Shown in pieces: positions 9,692-18,484 of a stretch of DNA of 64,000 nt. Position 1 is the stretch's first letter. Every line of letters begins with the position of its first letter. The notes beneath the pieces are model-generated. The model ran no database searches. It worked only from the letters and a program-made list of their open reading frames with translations, and had not been told where the DNA came from. The translations under genes were made by a program, and so were the position numbers. This DNA is from Phycisphaerae bacterium (GTDB lineage: Bacteria; Planctomycetota; Phycisphaerae; UBA1845): the NCBI GenBank assembly GCA_963666835.2, contig CAXXGO010000006.1, positions 928,001 through 992,000 on the forward strand, in the 5' to 3' direction.

Positions 9692-10165
9692 CTACTTTCC
9701 GCCTTGGATCTTCTTCATGATCGACCCCGGCTGAACGTTGCCGTGGTACTCGCCGTTGAGAGAGATGACGGGGGCCATCGCACAGGCACCCACGCAGTTG
9801 ACCGTCTCGAGCGTGAACTTCAGGTCCTTCGTTGTGCCACCCGGCTTGAGATCCAGCGCCGTGCAGATTTCATCCACCAGCGTCTGGGCACCTCGAATAT
9901 GGCAGGCCGTTCCGGTGCATACTCGAATAACGACTTCGCCCTTGGGCTCGAGGCTGAACGCCTTATAGAACGTAGCCGCGGAGAACGCCTTGCTGATCGG
10001 AACCCCCAGCCGCTCGCACAGGATCTCGACCGCTTCGCACGGGACGTAGCCATACCCCGCCTGAACGTCTTGCAGGGCGTGAATCAGTCCCGTGGAGTCT
10101 CCTTCAGGGTACTTCTCGAGAATCGCTCGGGCTTTGTCCAGATCAACGGAACAGGTCTTACTCAT
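9692..10165 (-). CDS. NuoE/HydC-like 2Fe-2S subunit
   Basis: ATFYKAF, VCTGTACHIRGA and VNCVGACAMAPV; start taken at MSKTC. Confidence 0.9.
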   Translation of the reverse strand: MSKTCSVDLDKARAILEKYPEGDSTGLIHALQDVQAGYGYVPCEAVEILCERLGVPISKAFSAATFYKAFSLEPKGEVVIRVCTGTACHIRGAQTLVDEICTALDLKPGGTTKDLKFTLETVNCVGACAMAPVISLNGEYHGNVQPGSIMKKIQGGK

Positions 10166-10709
10166 CGCTCTTTCCTGCCTTGGCCAGCTCGTAGCCATGC
10201 ATGAAGGTCTTGCAGTTGACCTCGATGAACTGCTTCTTCGAGGCAAAAGTCTTCTCGATAGTCTTAATCAACATCTCGTGGGAAACGACCTCGTCGAGAC
10301 CGATGTACGCCCCGAGCATGATCAGGTTGGCCGATCGCCGGTTGCCCAGCTCCGTGGCGAGATCATTGGCCTTGATCCGGAAGGTTCGCAGGTCATCGCG
10401 ATCCGAGTTCACCGGGATCATGGAGCTGTTGATTACCAGAGTACCGCCCTTGCGCAGCATCGGAGCAAACTTCTCCAGCGACGGCTGGTTCATGACCACC
10501 GCCGCTTGCGGCGTGGTAATCAACGGCGAACCGATCGGCTTGTCGCCCACTACCACGGTACAGTTGGCCGTCCCGCCGCGCATCTCCGGACCGTACGAAG
10601 GGAGCCAGGTAACCTCCTTGCCCTCTTCCAGACCGGCGTAAGCCAAGAGCTTACCGATCATCATCAGGCCCTGGCCTCCGAAACCGGACATGATCACTTC
10701 GGTCTGCAT
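10158..10709 (-). CDS. 2-oxoacid:ferredoxin oxidoreductase gamma subunit
   Basis: GFGGQG, PSYGPEMRGGTANC and ANLIMLGA. Confidence 0.9.
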   Translation of the reverse strand: MQTEVIMSGFGGQGLMMIGKLLAYAGLEEGKEVTWLPSYGPEMRGGTANCTVVVGDKPIGSPLITTPQAAVVMNQPSLEKFAPMLRKGGTLVINSSMIPVNSDRDDLRTFRIKANDLATELGNRRSANLIMLGAYIGLDEVVSHEMLIKTIEKTFASKKQFIEVNCKTFMHGYELAKAGKSDE

Positions 10710-10710
10710 C

Positions 10711-11496
10711 TCACGCTCCTTTCCGAGATCCCGCGACCTCGGCAACAGTCGTCTCATCCGGGTCCGGCCGCTTGAAGACCCCCAGCGGGTAGTACGGCAC
10801 CATATTGCCCTGGAGCCACGCGTCTGCTTCCTGGCAGGTCATGCCCCAGTTCGTCGGGCAGATTGAAAGCACTTCAACCATCGTGAAGCACACGCCCTCC
10901 GACTGCAGCCGAAACGCCTCCCGGATCGCCTTCTTGGCCTCGATCACATGGTGCGGCGTGTGCGAGGCCACCCGGGCGACAAACGCCGGAGTCCGCAAGG
11001 TGCTCAGCAGCTCCACCACGCGGATCGGATAACCCTCGTGACCGGGGTTACGCCCGGCGGGGCACGTGGTTGTCACCTGCCCCGGCATGGTGGTCGGAGC
11101 CATCTGCCCGCCGGTCATGCCGTAGATGGCGTTGTTAACGAAAATGACCGTGATCTTCTCGCCCCGGTTGGCGGCGTGGACGATCTCGGCCATACCGATG
11201 GAAGCCAGATCACCATCACCCTGATAAGTGAAGACAATCAGGTTCGGTCGACAGCGCTTTGCGCCGGTAGCGACGGCCGGAGCCCGCCCGTGGGCGGCCT
11301 CGAACATATCGCAATTGAAGTACTTGTACGCCAGCACCGAACAGCCGACCGGAGCGATACCCACGGCCCGCTCGCGCAGGCCCAGCTCGTCCAAAGACTC
11401 CGCCACCATCCGGTGGATCGTGCCGTGAGTGCATCCTGGGCAATAGTGGGTGGGTAGGGCCGTCAGTGAATCCGGATATCCGAAAACCTTCTTCAT
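10711..11496 (-). CDS. 2-oxoacid:ferredoxin oxidoreductase beta (TPP-binding) subunit
   Basis: YCPGCTHG, PVGC, HGRAPAVATG, QGDGD...NN and YGMTGGQ. Confidence 0.92.
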   Translation of the reverse strand: MKKVFGYPDSLTALPTHYCPGCTHGTIHRMVAESLDELGLRERAVGIAPVGCSVLAYKYFNCDMFEAAHGRAPAVATGAKRCRPNLIVFTYQGDGDLASIGMAEIVHAANRGEKITVIFVNNAIYGMTGGQMAPTTMPGQVTTTCPAGRNPGHEGYPIRVVELLSTLRTPAFVARVASHTPHHVIEAKKAIREAFRLQSEGVCFTMVEVLSICPTNWGMTCQEADAWLQGNMVPYYPLGVFKRPDPDETTVAEVAGSRKGA

Positions 11497-11512
11497 AGCT
11501 TGGATCCTCGCC

Positions 11513-12574
11513 TTACTTCAGGATCTTCCTGAGATTCTCCGCCACGTTGTCGGGCGACGGAACCATTCCACCCGTCAGGCCATAGAAGTCGACGGGCTTC
11601 GACCCCAGCACGGCCAGCTTGACGTCTTCGACCATTTGCCCGGTGCTCATTTCCACGACCAGCACTCTCTTGGCCTTCTTAACTTCTTTCGCCAGCGCTT
11701 CGTACGGGTAAGGCCAGAGCGTGATCGGTCGAAAGACGCCCACCTTCGCCTCACCGTTGCTGTGCAGCTCATCCGCGGCAGTCTTGCAGATTCGGGCCAT
11801 CGTGCCGTAGGCCACGACCAGGACGTCCAGCTCTTTCGGTTCGCAGTCGTACGTCTCCCAGCGCTTCTCGTTGGCCTCGATCTCGTCGTACTTCTCCTTC
11901 ATCTTCCAGTTGTTGGCGTTGCACGCCTCTTCGGTGAGATAAAGAGAGTTTACGATGTTGGGGTCGCGCCCCTTTGCCCCACAAGCCGCCCAGGGCTTGG
12001 CGGGCAGCTCGTCGAGATCGCGCATCTCGGGGATGTCGACCGGCTCCATCATCTGCCCGATCATCCCGTCACCCATCACCATGACCGGGTTGAGGTACTT
12101 GTCGGCCAGGTCGAAAGCTTCGTACATCAGGTCGACCGCCTCTTGAACCGAGGACGGAGCCAGAACCACCATGCGGTAGTCGCCGTGGCCGAGCCCTTTG
12201 GTCGCCTGCAAATAGTCTGATTGGGCGGGCAGGATGCCCCCGAGCCCCGGTCCGGCGCGGACGATGTTGACCATGACCACGGGCAGGTGGCTCGCGGCCA
12301 GGTAAGAGACCCCCTCGGCCATCAGGCTGATTCCGGGGCTTGAGGAGCTGGTCAACACGCGTTTACCCACTCCCGCACCGCCGTAGAGCATGTTGATCGA
12401 GGCTACCTCGCTCTCCGCCTGGACGAACACCCCCCCAACTTGGGGAAAGCGCTTGGCGAGGTACTCGGGAATCTCGGTCTGAGGCGTAATCGGGTAGCCG
12501 AAGAAGTTGCGACAACCGGCCCTAATGGCCGCTTCGCCGATCGCTTCGCACCCTTTCATGAGAACCTTGGCCAT
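11513..12574 (-). CDS. vorB: 2-ketoisovalerate-type oxidoreductase alpha subunit (VorB-like)
   Basis: GYPITPQTE, QAESEVAS, SSSPGISL and GPGLGGILPAQSDY. Confidence 0.85.
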   Translation of the reverse strand: MAKVLMKGCEAIGEAAIRAGCRNFFGYPITPQTEIPEYLAKRFPQVGGVFVQAESEVASINMLYGGAGVGKRVLTSSSSPGISLMAEGVSYLAASHLPVVMVNIVRAGPGLGGILPAQSDYLQATKGLGHGDYRMVVLAPSSVQEAVDLMYEAFDLADKYLNPVMVMGDGMIGQMMEPVDIPEMRDLDELPAKPWAACGAKGRDPNIVNSLYLTEEACNANNWKMKEKYDEIEANEKRWETYDCEPKELDVLVVAYGTMARICKTAADELHSNGEAKVGVFRPITLWPYPYEALAKEVKKAKRVLVVEMSTGQMVEDVKLAVLGSKPVDFYGLTGGMVPSPDNVAENLRKILK

Positions 12575-12590
12575 AGTCGAAGTTCCCCTT

Positions 12591-12824
12591 CTAGTAGCTG
12601 AAGAACTGATAGTGAGTCCCGTGCACGAAAACCTCGATAGCCACGTCGGGGCAGTTCAGCGCACACAGCCGGCAACCCACGCATCTGGATTGCTCGGTCG
12701 GCACCGCATAGAAGTAGCCCTTCTCATTCAGCTTCGTCGACATCGAGATCACTTGTTGCGGGCAGACCCCCTTACAGCGCTCACAGCCCTTGCATCTAGT
12801 TTCATCAACGACGATTCTCGGCAT
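12591..12824 (-). CDS. 2x[4Fe-4S] ferredoxin (oxidoreductase delta subunit)
   Basis: CKGCERCKGVCP and CVGCRLCALNCP; located at the head of the vor genes. Confidence 0.9.
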   Translation of the reverse strand: MPRIVVDETRCKGCERCKGVCPQQVISMSTKLNEKGYFYAVPTEQSRCVGCRLCALNCPDVAIEVFVHGTHYQFFSY

Positions 12825-12841
12825 TCCTGTTCACCTCGCTT

Positions 12842-13609
12842 CTAGCGACGGCCACTGCTGCTGTTCCCAAGTCGGGCATCTCTGCCGAGCACCCGCTCGG
12901 CCTTGTCGGTCATGCTCCGCAACTTCCACGGGGGAAGCATGCGTCGCTTGATCCACAACACCGGGCATCCCAACTCATCCGCCGCCAGCTCCCCACGAAG
13001 ACATTCGTCCGCCGTGGCCAAAGAAACCGGCAGATCGGCAGCTTGCGAAACCTCCCGCGCCAAGTCGAGCCCCTCCCGCACCGTAGCGGCGTCCGTTTCG
13101 TCCAACAAGTGCGTGTTGGAAACGAACCCGGTCACACGGAGGCGGGAGGCGGCCTCAATCTCGCTTTTGATCGTTAGGCACCCGTCTACGGTATCCGTGA
13201 AGGGCCGCCTGGCGTTCAGAACCTGCAGCATAGCATAACTTGTGCCCCCAAACACGTCAGCCAAAGAGCTGAGCACTCGGGCACCGACGTCGTCCCCGCC
13301 CACATCGAGGATCATTGGTCCTGCGCTTTCGCGCACTCCGCCTCGGATTTCGGGTAGAATGATCGGAAGATCCGCGTCTTGGAACTCGCCGCTCGGGTTG
13401 ATCACCCGAATTCCGTGCCCCTCCATCTCCTCCCTCGCCTCTCGACAACGAAAGTACGGGTTGACTATGTCGAGGTCTGCGATGGAGACCTTTTCGCGCT
13501 CCGCCAACCGGATCGCCAGGTTCACGGCCACCTCGGTCTTGCCGGACCCGTAGTTGCCCACAATCAGCAGGACTCGTTCGTTCGGCATGTACTCGTCGCG
13601 GTCAACCAT
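12842..13609 (-). CDS. P-loop ATPase (CobQ/MinD/ParA-like) of the type found next to vor operons
   Basis: GNYGSGKTE, DLDIVNPYFR and LDVGGD. Confidence 0.8.
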   Translation of the reverse strand: MVDRDEYMPNERVLLIVGNYGSGKTEVAVNLAIRLAEREKVSIADLDIVNPYFRCREAREEMEGHGIRVINPSGEFQDADLPIILPEIRGGVRESAGPMILDVGGDDVGARVLSSLADVFGGTSYAMLQVLNARRPFTDTVDGCLTIKSEIEAASRLRVTGFVSNTHLLDETDAATVREGLDLAREVSQAADLPVSLATADECLRGELAADELGCPVLWIKRRMLPPWKLRSMTDKAERVLGRDARLGNSSSGRR

Positions 13610-14020
13610 CGCTATCCAATCTCAATTCCAAGCGACAGAATCAGACAATCCCACAGAGAACCTGGGATTGCGTGCCGCTACAGCCCACCGCGAAGCGCAC
13701 ACCACGCTCCGCGCAGGGATACTCCCGGTCACACCTCTAGCAAGATACGTTCCGTTATCGGTTTGACCGAGGCGGCTCGGCTCTGTGCGGTGCTCCGCCG
13801 CGCAGCGAAATGCAGCGCGCGACGAGGGCAAAGAACACGTCCAACGCCAGAAGACCCGCAGCACCGAACGCCGCCACCGAAACCGCAGCAAGTCCAAACC
13901 CGAGCCCGCCTTCGACCGCGACCGATGGCTCCAACCTGTTGCGCTGATGGGCCGCGGGCGTAACCAGAAACGTCGCGATAGGGGAGAAGGCGTAAGCCCC
14001 TGGGGGAATGTGCGGTTGTT

Positions 14021-14806
14021 TCATGCATAGCCTCGTGGGCGGCACCGGGCATCGGGGTTCGCAACGGGTGCCGCAGATTCGGCAGCACGCGAAGATGAGT
14101 CGTTGCCGGAGCGTATGCGGAAGTGCCGCCCGTGGCGCCAACATGGCAACGCGATCCCGCGGCTCACGCCGTGGGCCGGCAGAGCTGACGGGCTGAAATG
14201 CGAAACGACACAGGACTGCGTCGCGTAGTAGTAGGGCAGGTCGAGGCACGAGACCTGCCGCGATCTTCGCGCGACACTCGACGCTGCGGCCGCCATCAGT
14301 ACGGCGAGCGTGAGCGACAAGCTGAACCACCAAGACCCTGCGCCCACACCGATGGCAATGGCGACAAGGATATGGCACAAAATGTCCGTAGCGGCCACTG
14401 CTCGGTACTTCGTTGCCTCGGACGAACTTGGCCCGGCCGGCGAGTCGCCGGTGGCACGCATTGTGAGTAGCCACACCGCGATTCCACGGAGAGCGGCGCC
14501 GGAGAATGGTAATGCAAGCACGGCCGGCAACGGCCACCCAAGATCCCACAGAGCGCCTGAAACGGGCAACGCGAATAGCGTGGCCGGCACGCTTGCCTCG
14601 ATACAGTTGATGCCGCAGATTACTCTGCGAGCCCGGCGCGGGGTGGCCGTGACAACGCGAAGGGGGATGAGCGAGATCGCAATGTCCAGTCCGCACTCAG
14701 GGCAAACCGCGTTATCGTGCCATCCGCGCAGATCATAATCACACCGGCAGCAGCAAACGCCGACCGGAACCTGCCGAACAGACTCAAAGTCGCTCCCCTC
14801 GCTCAT
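14021..14806 (-). CDS. Hypothetical membrane protein with an N-terminal Cys-rich zinc-ribbon-like motif; 3' part runs through a REP module
   Basis: GAGGGAG RBS; CxxCDYDLRG...CPECG followed by hydrophobic helices. The 3' end is uncertain. Confidence 0.5.
   Translation of the reverse strand: MSEGSDFESVRQVPVGVCCCRCDYDLRGWHDNAVCPECGLDIAISLIPLRVVTATPRRARRVICGINCIEASVPATLFALPVSGALWDLGWPLPAVLALPFSGAALRGIAVWLLTMRATGDSPAGPSSSEATKYRAVAATDILCHILVAIAIGVGAGSWWFSLSLTLAVLMAAAASSVARRSRQVSCLDLPYYYATQSCVVSHFSPSALPAHGVSRGIALPCWRHGRHFRIRSGNDSSSRAAESAAPVANPDARCRPRGYA
14216..14318 (-). repeat. 103-bp REP-containing module, inverted copy of 6266-6368
   Basis: Near-identical to 6266-6368 on the opposite strand; contains GTAGGGCAGGTCGAGGCACGAGACCTGC. 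Confidence 0.8.
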
Positions 14807-15084
14807 CAATGTGCTCCCTCGCTCGATCACAGATCTTCGCGCGGCATGCGTCTTTGTCAAAGGTCTTGTTTCTCGACCGTGCCCACAAGAGAGGTCATCG
14901 GCACTGCGAGTGTGAGCGACCCGGCCTTGGCCGATGCACGGGGGCGGGTTGCCAGGCGGGTGGGGGGCGGCATAATCGCCAGGGTTGATTGGTGGATACG
15001 CGGCCCGAAAGAGATGCGCCGCCCTTGGCGACGGCGGACGGTCTGCACAGCGATTACGGACTTTGAGGATTTCGCCGCTACGGC

Positions 15085-15210
15085 GCAACCCCGTTGGGGT
15101 AAGTTCCTCTCTTGGCCGTGAACCCAGGGTAGCCGCTGCGCGGCAACCCTGGGCTGGAGGACGGAACGCCGTTGGCGTACCCTGGATTCGGGGGAACGCT
15201 GTTGGGGTAC
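15085..15210. repeat. Second palindromic element class (AACCCCGTTGGGGT / CCCAGGGT..ACCCTGGG)
   Basis: Nested palindromes; a related copy lies at about 15980-16090. Confidence 0.55.
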
Positions 15211-15326
15211 TCCGATGGGACGCAGGCCGTGGACCGGTGAGGACCACGGTCCGCACAGCGGACTCTACGGGCTCCCGGCAACTTAACGACCGGCGCGCCA
15301 CCAACGACCGAGAGCGAGTGGGGCTC

Positions 15327-15836
15327 ATGGCCAATCTCGAGAACATTCGTAGCCCGGAAGCACTTCGCGAGGTGTTCGTCAATTACCTCCGCGATCGGGG
15401 CATCAAGTGTACCGCGGCCCGGCGGAAGATTCTCGACGCCGTGTTGGAGCTGCAGGACCACTTCGAGGCCGAGCAGGTGCTGTATATGCTCACCGAACGC
15501 AACCACCGGGTGGGCAAGGCCACGGTATATCGGACTCTGCCCCTGCTGGTGGATTGCGGGATCCTCAAACAGGTGCGGTTCGATGTGAAGCAGGCCCACT
15601 ATGAGCACGCTTTCGGGGCCGGCCCGCACGACCACATGGTCTGCCGGCGCTGCGGGCGGATCATCGAGTTCCGCTCAGACGAAGTTGAAGAGCTCCGCGC
15701 CCGAATCGCTCGGCGCGAGCGGTTCCACGTGGTCAGCCACCGCTTTCAGATCTCCGGACTCTGCTGGGAATGCGCCGTCGCCTGCCCGGTCGCGACGGCC
15801 AAGCCGCCGTCGCGAACCGACAGTTCGGAATCCTGA
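15327..15836 (+). CDS. fur: Fur family transcriptional regulator
   Basis: HFEAE, ATVYRTL, HDHMVCRRCG...CWEC. Confidence 0.9.
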   Translation: MANLENIRSPEALREVFVNYLRDRGIKCTAARRKILDAVLELQDHFEAEQVLYMLTERNHRVGKATVYRTLPLLVDCGILKQVRFDVKQAHYEHAFGAGPHDHMVCRRCGRIIEFRSDEVEELRARIARRERFHVVSHRFQISGLCWECAVACPVATAKPPSRTDSSES

Positions 15837-15913
15837 GGTATTCCCTCAGGGCGAGCCAGGCGGGGAGGTTCGGGCCGTGGACGACATGCCCTTGGGTGAC
15901 GCGCGCCATTGCG

Positions 15914-16188
15914 GCAGGTCTCGTGCCTCGACCGTGCCCTACGCACGCCTTCGCGGCTCCGCACATGGGCACGGCTGTTCAACCCGCTTCGGGGTTGGTG
16001 TGGGAGGGGGCTTCGGGACCCAGGGTGGCACTTCGCGGCTGCGCCGCTTCGTTTACCCTGGGCTTTGTTGTGCAACACCTTCGGTGTAGGTTCGGAAGGC
16101 GTGCGGCGGGCAAAGATCGCGGCAGGTCTCGTGCCTCGACCGTGCCCTACAGTGTTGCGGCAGGTCTCGTTCCTCGACCGTGCCCTAC
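15914..16188. repeat. REP cluster: copies at 15914-15942, 16122-16150 and 16160-16188, plus a CCCAGGG-class element
   Basis: Same 29-bp REP as at 6040-6353. Confidence 0.8.
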
Positions 16189-16333
16189 AGATGCCGCCGG
16201 CGTTATTTGGTTTTCTGTAGGCAAGATGCGTGCGTTACACGTGCCGGCGGGGTGATTGGACATGCTCCAAGGGGATAGCTAAGGTGCGTCCGGATGGAGA
16301 ATTCACAGCCGTACTACGGGAGACGTTGAACGT

Positions 16334-17332
16334 ATGGCCCAGCGCATAGCGTATGGGGCACTGTCCATCTCTGTGCTCCTAATACTCTTCATGACGGAAT
16401 CTCTGATCGCGGCGCGGGCGTTCGAAATGCCCGGGCCTATCGGGGAACTGCTGCGGCGCGGAAGCGTGATTCCCGCGGCCTTTCTGTTCTTCTTTCTGCT
16501 CGGGGCGGTGGAGTTCCTGAACCTGCTGCAGGCCAGAGGTGCTCAACCGTACCGGGCGTTCACGTTCATAATGATCGCACTTCTGCTGCTTACGCCCTGG
16601 TTGTCGGCGGCCGGCTGGCTCGGATCCGGCGCGGCCCACGTCGAGGGGGTTTACTGGCAGGTAGTCTGGCTGATGGTCGCCGCTCTCGGCGTTGGGTTGG
16701 GAGTTGTCTTCCGCGGCAACCCCGCCGGCTCACTGCGCGACGCCGGAACGACCCTGCTGGCCATCATGTACCTCGGGTTCCTCGGCTCCTTCGGCGTGCA
16801 GATCTGCTGCGGGCGCGATTTCCCCGAGCTGTCCGGCGTCTGGGTGTTGCTGATCACGGTTCTGGTAACCAAGGCCTCCGACATCGGAGCATATTTCGTC
16901 GGTTCGATGCTTGGACGACACAAACTGTGTCCGTCGATCAGCCCGGCCAAGTCGATCGAAGGTGCGATTGGCGGTCTGCTGGCCAGTGCGGGTGCCGGGG
17001 TCCTGCTGGTTGCCGGCGGCATGGCGATGATCACCGTTCCCGAGGGGGAAACGTCGGGGCCGGACGGAGTGGGGTTCCGTTCGGCGCTCGGTCTGTTCAT
17101 CGTACCTCATGCTTCTATTCCGTTCCTTAGGGCGGCCATCTTTGGAATCTGCATGTCGATTTCGGGACAACTTGGCGACTTGCTAGAGTCCTGCTTTAAG
17201 CGTGACGCTTGCGTGAAGGACTCGGGCAGGATCATGCCGCGGTTTGGGGGTATACTAGATTTGATCGATAGCCCGGTTCTTTCGATGCCGGTTGCGTGGT
17301 TCTTGTTGACGGCCGTGTGGTCGGTTCAATAG
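16334..17332 (+). CDS. cdsA: Phosphatidate cytidylyltransferase
   Basis: SDIGAYFVG, ISPAKSIEG and GDLLESCFKR...KDSG..MP.FGGILD.IDS. Confidence 0.92.
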   Translation: MAQRIAYGALSISVLLILFMTESLIAARAFEMPGPIGELLRRGSVIPAAFLFFFLLGAVEFLNLLQARGAQPYRAFTFIMIALLLLTPWLSAAGWLGSGAAHVEGVYWQVVWLMVAALGVGLGVVFRGNPAGSLRDAGTTLLAIMYLGFLGSFGVQICCGRDFPELSGVWVLLITVLVTKASDIGAYFVGSMLGRHKLCPSISPAKSIEGAIGGLLASAGAGVLLVAGGMAMITVPEGETSGPDGVGFRSALGLFIVPHASIPFLRAAIFGICMSISGQLGDLLESCFKRDACVKDSGRIMPRFGGILDLIDSPVLSMPVAWFLLTAVWSVQ

Positions 17333-17413
17333 CGATCCGACCGGCGAAGGCGGGCCGGCGAGTGTAGCCCAAGTGGGCTCGCTCAGTGCGCTGTTGGAAT
17401 CTCAGGAGGACTG

Positions 17414-18367
17414 GTGGCGAAGCACTTGGAAATCAACGTACCGATCGAAGATACGACCCAGCGGGACGTGCTCTATGGCTCTGCGGATCGCCACCTTCGG
17501 TTGATCAGAACGGCGTTTGACGTCCGCGTAAGCGCCCGGAACGACACGGTACATATCAGTGGTCCGGAGGAAGGCGTCCGCAAGGCGGCGTGTGTCATTG
17601 AGGAACTTCAACACAAGCTTCGGCACCGGATGAGCATCAGCGAAGATGTTGTCCAAGATTCTATTCACCGAGCCCGTGCCGTCACCCGAGCACCGGCCGA
17701 GCCGGAACTCGATGTGTTTCTTCCTTCCGCGTCCATCGCCCCCAGAGGATCCGGGCAGCGCGCTTATGTAGAAGCTGTGCAGAACCATGATCTGACGTTC
17801 TGCCTGGGCCCGGCGGGGACCGGCAAGACGTACCTGGCCGTGGCGATAGCGGTTTCGCTGCTCAAGCACCGCAAGATCAAGCGGATCGTGCTGGTTCGTC
17901 CTGCGGTGGAGGCGGGGGAGAAGCTTGGCTACTTGCCCGGCGACATGCAGGCGAAAGTCAACCCGTACTTGCGACCGCTGTTCGACGCAATGCACGACAT
18001 GATGCCGTTCGAGCAGGTCAGGCGTTTCATGAACGACGACGTAATCGAGGTTGTTCCGTTGGCGTTTATGCGGGGGCGTACTCTGAATAACTCGGCGATC
18101 ATCCTCGACGAGGCCCAGAACTCGACTATCGGGCAGATGTTGATGTTCCTGACTCGGTTGGGTCATCACAGCAAGATGATCGTCACCGGCGACGACAGCC
18201 AGACGGACCTGGAAGGCAGCGCCTGCGGTTTCACCGACGCAGTCGACAAGCTCGAGGGTGTTAACGGGATCGCGGTGATCCGGCTGGGTAACGAAGATAT
18301 CGTGCGGCATGCGCTGGTGCAGCGTGTGGTGGAGGCGTACGGGCGAGGGGAGCCTAACGTCCTATAA
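17414..18367 (+). CDS. phoH: PhoH family ATPase (YbeZ-like)
   Basis: GPAGTGKT, RPAVEAGEKLGYLPGD, MRGRTL and DEAQN. Confidence 0.93.
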   Translation: MAKHLEINVPIEDTTQRDVLYGSADRHLRLIRTAFDVRVSARNDTVHISGPEEGVRKAACVIEELQHKLRHRMSISEDVVQDSIHRARAVTRAPAEPELDVFLPSASIAPRGSGQRAYVEAVQNHDLTFCLGPAGTGKTYLAVAIAVSLLKHRKIKRIVLVRPAVEAGEKLGYLPGDMQAKVNPYLRPLFDAMHDMMPFEQVRRFMNDDVIEVVPLAFMRGRTLNNSAIILDEAQNSTIGQMLMFLTRLGHHSKMIVTGDDSQTDLEGSACGFTDAVDKLEGVNGIAVIRLGNEDIVRHALVQRVVEAYGRGEPNVL

Positions 18368-18484
18368 TGGAGCCCCTGGCGCGGTTTGACGGCCTACCGT
18401 GGGCTCCGGTGTGCGTTGGAGACCCTTTGGGTCGATAATCCTACGAAGCCGGGGATAACACGGAGCCACTCGGATTCGAAAGCG

